NCBI GenBank assembly: GCA_034660395.1
Contig: JAYEJA010000049.1
Span: 1,731 to 65,730 of the forward strand
From: Actinomycetota bacterium
GTDB taxonomy: Bacteria; Actinomycetota; Humimicrobiia; Humimicrobiales; Humimicrobiaceae
DNA: 64,000 nt
Direction of reading: 5' to 3'
Under the pieces are notes generated by a model. That model was not told where the DNA came from, did not search any database, and saw nothing but the letters and a program-made list of their open reading frames with translations. Positions 58,904-64,000 of the stretch are shown piece after piece; position 1 is the first letter of the stretch, and each line of letters begins with the position of its first letter. The translations under genes were made by a program, and so were the position numbers.

Positions 58904-59503
58904 CTAAATCTCCCTGCGTTCGGAAATCGCCTTTCCGATTGTTACCTCGTCCGCATACTCAAGATCCCCGCCAACAGGAATACCGCTTGCCAGTCTTGTA
59001 ACTTTAATTCCCAGAGGGGTCAATATCTTTTTTAGATAACCGGCAGTACTTTCACCCTCAACTGTAGGATTTAAGGCAATCATAACCTCTTCGACTTCAT
59101 TGGCTTTAACCCGTTCCAATAATTTTGGGACCCTTATTTCATCGGGACCGATATTCTCGATTGGAGATAAAAGCCCTCCCAGAACATGATACAGCCCCCT
59201 GTATTCTCCTGTCTTTTCAATAATAGCTACGTCACTTGCTTCTTCTACTATACATACTTTCCTTCTATCCCTTGACATGTCCCTGCAAATTGAACATATA
59301 TCTTCTTCGCTCAGGCCATAACACTGGCTGCAGAATTTTACCCTGTCTTTCATTTCAACCATGCTTTGCGATAGTCTCAAAACGTCCTTACGCTGTAGTT
59401 TAAGCAAAAAAAAGACAATTCTTTTTGCAGATTTGGGGCCTATCCCGGGAAGCTTCTTAAACTCATTTATTAGATTCTCAACACTTTTTATATATAAAGC
59501 CAT
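58904..59503 (-). CDS. recR: recombination protein RecR
   Basis: HhH N-terminus, C4 zinc finger CSQC...CSIC, Toprim domain. Confidence 0.9.
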   Translation of the reverse strand: MALYIKSVENLINEFKKLPGIGPKSAKRIVFFLLKLQRKDVLRLSQSMVEMKDRVKFCSQCYGLSEEDICSICRDMSRDRRKVCIVEEASDVAIIEKTGEYRGLYHVLGGLLSPIENIGPDEIRVPKLLERVKANEVEEVMIALNPTVEGESTAGYLKKILTPLGIKVTRLASGIPVGGDLEYADEVTIGKAISERREI

Positions 59504-59603
59504 ATTTGCATTTAAGTCCGATTTTTTAATGTTAAAAACAGTCCGTTATAATTAGCAATACCAAAAAAAATGAAGCAATAACAGGCACAATCAACAACCC
59601 GGT

Positions 59604-59918
59604 TTAAGACATGCCTGGAATGTCCATTCCACCGGTAAGCGCGGACATTTTCTTTTTTGCTTCCTCTTTAGATTGCTTGACAGCATCATTTACGGCAACC
59701 ATTACCATATCTTCAATCATATCCAGGTCGTCTGGTTTTATCATTTTCTTATCAATCTCCACTCCAAGAATTTCCTGGTCGCCATTCATCCTGACTTTGA
59801 CCGCACCTCCCCCGGCAGATGCTTCAAACTTCATTTCCTTTAATTCTTTCTTTATGCTCTGGATTTTTTGCTGCATAATTTTGGCCTGCTTCATCATACT
59901 TCCGTAATTAAAGCTCAA
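59604..59918 (-). CDS. ybaB: nucleoid-associated protein YbaB/EbfC
   Basis: 104 aa with the conserved YbaB pattern, between dnaX and recR. Confidence 0.85.
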   Translation of the reverse strand: MSFNYGSMMKQAKIMQQKIQSIKKELKEMKFEASAGGGAVKVRMNGDQEILGVEIDKKMIKPDDLDMIEDMVMVAVNDAVKQSKEEAKKKMSALTGGMDIPGMS

Positions 59919-59921
59919 TTT

Positions 59922-61808
59922 TTACTCCTTTATGTTAAATTTTTTCTCAAAGTAACCAAGTACATCCTTGCCACCATCGATATTTTTACTACTCTTATTA
60001 TTACCTCCGGATACTGAACCTCCTTTGACCGCTGCAGTTTTCTTTAATCCGCTGGACTTTGCGCTACCCTCATTTTTCACTTCCGCGCTCTTTTTATTTT
60101 TAATCCCCTTGCTTTCTTCTTTTTTACTACCGCTGCTTTCTTTTTTAATTTCAAACCTTACTATATAACTCCTGCCGGTAACTTTCTTAATCACATCCGA
60201 TATTAAATCAACATTATTACTTTTATTTAAGTGATTTTTATGCCACTGTTTCTTTTTATTAAGACTGAAATAAAGTATCTTATCTTCAAGTCTATCAGGC
60301 TTAGCTTCTATAAACATGGCATAAACAGATACCTTCCTGCTTTTTAGAGCCCTGGATATCTCGTCCATATTATTATGTATAAAAGCAATTCCATTGCCTT
60401 TACCTTCCTGCTCTTTTTTAACATCAGAACTTTTTTCTGATTTCGTTTTTTCTAAATTAGATTTCCTGGATTTTTTATCACTTTGCTTATCGCTTTTTTT
60501 ATTTCCTACATCATTCACCATTTTATCAATTTCATCAGTATTTATTATATCGAAATCGTTATCTTCATTCCCGTAATCATTATCAGTATTTTCTTCTTCT
60601 TTCCTGCCGGAGCGGCCGGGCTCCACCTTTTTAATATTAATTTTATCAAGCTTAATTTTTAAAGAATCTATTTGAGCTTCCATTCTTGATACCTTCCCGA
60701 TTATTTCCTTCTCATCCACAACGACAAAATTAATCGCCTTAACCAGCGCGGACTTAAAAAATATTCTGGAGCTATCGCCCCACTTTATCTGTTTAAGCAA
60801 ATCAGTAAAAAGTTCCATATAGAACTCTATTTCCTCCTTCCGGAGCTTTTCAGCCCTATGCGAATATTTTTTCCTGTAATCCCTGCTTATATTTACAATC
60901 TCAAAAGGGTCCGGGTAACTCTTAATAACATATAAGTCATAAAGATAATCTAAAAATTCAGATACGAATACTTTAAGGTTATGATTGCTTTTTATAATCT
61001 TATTTGCCAGTAGAAAGCCCCTGTTTAAATCTCTTTCAATTAATACGTCGGTGAGCTCAAATAATAAATCAAGGTCCGTGATACCAAGAAGAGACGCAAC
61101 ATTTTTAACCTCTATTTTATTCCCGCCAAATGCTGCCAGCTGTTCAAGTATACTATCCGCATCTCTTAAACTCCCGTCTGCGTATTTTGAAATAATATCT
61201 ATAGCCGACTCATCTATATCTATTTTTTCGCTGCCGGCAATTTTTTTTAATCTTTCTTTTATCTTGTCCATGGAAATAGGTGAAAAATCAAATCTCTGGC
61301 ATCTTGATAATATCGTTGGAATAACTTTATTAGGCTCTGTAGTGGCCATTAGAAACAATACATGTTCGGGAGGTTCTTCCAGAATCTTGAGAAGCGCATT
61401 GAAAGCTTCAGTAGTAAGCATATGGACTTCATCTATTATATATACTTTCTTCCTTAAGATATTTGGCAGGTATTTTACTTTTTCCCTGAGTTCCCTTATC
61501 TCATTTATACCCCGGTTAGAAGCAGCATCAATTTCCACCACATCCACACTTGAGCCATTTGATATACTCATACAGTTTTCGCATTTATTGCAGGGGTCCG
61601 GAGTTATGCCCTTTTTACAGTTCAGTGCTTTTGACAGTATTCTCGCCGTTGATGTTTTTCCCGTGCCCCTTGGCCCGCAGAATATGTAACAGTGAGATAA
61701 CCTGTTATTCCGGATAGCATTCCTTAAAGTCTTAATATTGTGTTCCTGGCCAATTATCTCTCCGAAACTTTGCGGTCTCCACTTTCTGTAAAATGAAATA
61801 TAATTCAT
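59922..61808 (-). CDS. dnaX: DNA polymerase III subunit tau (gamma/tau)
   Basis: AAA+ Walker A GPRGTGKTS, zinc module CxxC...CxxC, K/E-rich linker, C-terminal tau domain. Confidence 0.9.
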   Translation of the reverse strand: MNYISFYRKWRPQSFGEIIGQEHNIKTLRNAIRNNRLSHCYIFCGPRGTGKTSTARILSKALNCKKGITPDPCNKCENCMSISNGSSVDVVEIDAASNRGINEIRELREKVKYLPNILRKKVYIIDEVHMLTTEAFNALLKILEEPPEHVLFLMATTEPNKVIPTILSRCQRFDFSPISMDKIKERLKKIAGSEKIDIDESAIDIISKYADGSLRDADSILEQLAAFGGNKIEVKNVASLLGITDLDLLFELTDVLIERDLNRGFLLANKIIKSNHNLKVFVSEFLDYLYDLYVIKSYPDPFEIVNISRDYRKKYSHRAEKLRKEEIEFYMELFTDLLKQIKWGDSSRIFFKSALVKAINFVVVDEKEIIGKVSRMEAQIDSLKIKLDKINIKKVEPGRSGRKEEENTDNDYGNEDNDFDIINTDEIDKMVNDVGNKKSDKQSDKKSRKSNLEKTKSEKSSDVKKEQEGKGNGIAFIHNNMDEISRALKSRKVSVYAMFIEAKPDRLEDKILYFSLNKKKQWHKNHLNKSNNVDLISDVIKKVTGRSYIVRFEIKKESSGSKKEESKGIKNKKSAEVKNEGSAKSSGLKKTAAVKGGSVSGGNNKSSKNIDGGKDVLGYFEKKFNIKE

Positions 61809-61857
61809 ACTATGATATCTTAATTTTATCTATATGCTATTTAATTAATTATAAACG

Positions 61858-62130
61858 ACCGTGCCCCAGAATTCGATTTATAATAACAAGCGCCTCCGGT
61901 ATAGTTAGCTCCGGCCAGGTTTCCTTGTGGCACCCGAAGAATGTTACTTACCGCTGCTTCTTTTCAGACCTGGCGGGGTTTGTAACCCTCCGCTGCACAA
62001 GACCCGGCTTTCAACACCACTTATACAGGTACTGATCTTACTATCACAAATCTCATATCTGGTAATCAGTCTCACTATAGCGGATTGTGAGTTACAGGGC
62101 ACCGCTAACTCCCCACCTAGCACGGCCAAT
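61858..62130 (-). ncRNA. ffs: signal recognition particle RNA, long Bacillus-type form (with Alu domain)
   Basis: A GC-rich 273-nt island in AT-rich DNA. The minus-strand sequence GGCCGUGCUAGGUGGGGAGUUAGCGGUGCCCUGUAAC...GGUCUGAAAAGAAGCAGC...GAGCUAACU...GCACGGU closely parallels B. subtilis scRNA, including the domain IV GNRA-like loop motif. It lies immediately upstream of dnaX, as in Bacillus. Confidence 0.8.
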
Positions 62131-62331
62131 TTGATTATATAAAATTAATCAAAAAAATAAAACACGATGTTGGACCAAAAACAAATAAAATAGACTCTCT
62201 AATCATCAGCAGAGAAGCCCTGACTCCAAATTAAAAAAATGATTCGCCGGATTTAAAATAGTCTGTAATGAGTAACTTTAATAAACCACCTGACAAAAAA
62301 ATCATTTTTTATTTTTAATATGGATTTTTAC

Positions 62332-63495
62332 CTATTTTGTCATTTCCAGTATTTTGACTACATCACCGGTATCAAGCTTCACAAAATTTCCCACCGGTCC
62401 CTCCTCTGTACATTTCCCGGCCATTTCTTCAAACCTGTCATATGGAATATTTGCTTCTTTAAGCGTAGTGGGGAGTCCAATTTCTTTAAAAAAGTTTTTT
62501 AATCTCCTGATACCGGCTTTAGCCGTATTTTCAGGATTATTAAAATCATATTCCTCGTTCCAAACCCTTACTGCAAACTGTGCAAATCTATCTACGTCCT
62601 TTTTATATACATATTCCATCCATGCCGGGAAGATAATAGCCAGACCCGCACCATGTGCAATATCATATAACCCGCTTATTTCCATCTCTATATTATGTGA
62701 AGCCCAGTCGCCAATCCTTCCGGTATCAAGCAGATTATTATGCGCAATGGTGCCCGACCACATAATCTCAGCACGGGCAGCGTAATTTTCCGGCTCCTTA
62801 AGTACCTTTAAAGTATTGCCTATAACTGTCTTTAATGTCGCTTCACATAACCTGTCAGTAAGTTCGACATCCCTTACCGTAGTAAAATATCTTTCCATTA
62901 TGTGGGCCATCATATCCGAAGCGCCACAGGTCGTCTGATAAGGAGGAAGAGTGAATGTAATTTCCGGATTCAATATAGCAAACTCTGGGCGCAGCAGCTC
63001 ACTTGTTAGCCCTTTCTTGTACAAACCATCCTCATTGGTAATCACTGCGCTATCGCTTGATTCACTTCCGGAAGCAGGAATGGTTAAAACCACTCCTGCG
63101 GGAAGTGTCTCTTCTGGCTCACTCCTTCCTTCGTAAAAGTCCCATACGTCCCCGCTGTGTGGAACTCCTACCGCTATAGTCTTGGCGGAGTCAATCGCGC
63201 TGCCTCCCCCCACAGCAAGTATGAAATCTATTTTTTCCCTTCTGCATATATCAATTCCTTCATTTACCATCGAAAGTACCGGATTTGGCCTTACGCCGCC
63301 GAGCTCGATTATTTCCATCCCTTTATCCTTTAGTGATTTTATAACTCTGTCATAGAGGCCATACTTTTTAATGCTTCCGCCGCCGTAATGAAGCAGGACT
63401 TTTTTCCCATATTTTGCTGCCTCGGCGCCAACGCTTTTTTCCATATCCTTTCCAAAAATAATCTCAGTATTATTTCTAAATTTAAAATTTTTCAT
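62332..63495 (-). CDS. iron-containing alcohol dehydrogenase (butanol/1,3-propanediol dehydrogenase-like)
   Basis: Fe-ADH family motifs (GGGSAIDSAK, metal-binding His cluster). Confidence 0.85.
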   Translation of the reverse strand: MKNFKFRNNTEIIFGKDMEKSVGAEAAKYGKKVLLHYGGGSIKKYGLYDRVIKSLKDKGMEIIELGGVRPNPVLSMVNEGIDICRREKIDFILAVGGGSAIDSAKTIAVGVPHSGDVWDFYEGRSEPEETLPAGVVLTIPASGSESSDSAVITNEDGLYKKGLTSELLRPEFAILNPEITFTLPPYQTTCGASDMMAHIMERYFTTVRDVELTDRLCEATLKTVIGNTLKVLKEPENYAARAEIMWSGTIAHNNLLDTGRIGDWASHNIEMEISGLYDIAHGAGLAIIFPAWMEYVYKKDVDRFAQFAVRVWNEEYDFNNPENTAKAGIRRLKNFFKEIGLPTTLKEANIPYDRFEEMAGKCTEEGPVGNFVKLDTGDVVKILEMTK

Positions 63496-63811
63496 TTTCC
63501 CTCCTTAAGAACCAAATATATTCATCAATTACATCAATTTTATCATATATTTTCCCTCTTTATTCCAGGGAAATATTTTTTAGTTACATATGATTTTTAT
63601 GTTCGTTTTATCATTTTTCAGGCAATAATCCATTCCCATTTTCCAAGAAACCAGAACTTTAAATTACTGCTGTCGCATAGATTTTTTAGTTCTTCTATTA
63701 TTTCAATCTTTTTTTTATTTTTAATTTCTTCCGGCAAATTTATTTTTTAAATATTTTATTTTTCCTAAAAATTTTTTTTATTTTCTTACATTTTTTAACT
63801 TATCTTCAAAT

Positions 63812-63905
<94 letters not shown>

Positions 63906-64000
63906 TCTTTTTTAAAATTATACAATAAAAATGATCATATATTTAAAAAAAACAAAATAAAAAAAATCAAAAAAATTATTTTTTATTCATATTATAATTT

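Noticed and set aside
60400-60445. Possible dnaX gamma-subunit frameshift site at two A6 runs (around 60407-60412 and 60433-60438) in the linker before the tau C-terminal domain
   Set aside because: Neither run is in the X XXY YYZ (A AAA AAG) zero-frame register, and both are too short for transcriptional slippage. Firmicute-type dnaX genes generally make tau only.

Overview
AT-rich (~33% GC) bacterial chromosomal segment with Firmicutes-like gene organisation. Nearly all genes are on the minus strand and most are core housekeeping. A complete Bacillus-order pyrimidine operon (pyrR-pyrB-pyrC-carA-carB-pyrK-pyrD-pyrF-pyrE) with a recognisable PyrR attenuator (18.0-26.1 kb) runs straight into a gmk-rpoZ-coaBC-metK-priA-def-fmt-rsmB block (6.7-15.6 kb). 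That block begins with an actinobacterial-type sIHF/MihF-like gene and has metK embedded, the arrangement seen in Mycobacterium and Streptomyces. Other conserved blocks are rsmD-coaD...rpmF (2.5-4.4 kb), yloV divergent from rpmB (4.4-6.7 kb), ileS-lspA-rluD (34.6-39.2 kb), ytxG-ytxH and tldD-pmbA (43.5-47.1 kb), and long-form SRP RNA-dnaX-ybaB-recR (58.9-62.1 kb). Central metabolism genes are a fused alpha/beta ADP-forming acetyl-CoA synthetase, PFOR, Fe-ADH, asd-lysC, purC, MTA phosphorylase and an adenosine-kinase-like PfkB. Two RNA genes missing from the ORF track are a long (Bacillus-type) SRP RNA at 61858-62130 and tRNA-Ser(CGA) at 63812-63905. The only clearly accessory stretch is 26.2-34.5 kb: an RRM RNA-binding protein, a lipoprotein serpin directly downstream of a sigI-rsgI pair, two convergent hypothetical genes, and an ABC-2 transporter with a membrane-anchored beta-sandwich protein and a DUF211 gene. 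I found no CRISPR array, transposase, integrase or recognisable defence system. The most interesting candidate is the sigI/rsgI-serpin module. A secondary point is that rsmD appears to lack a canonical start codon.
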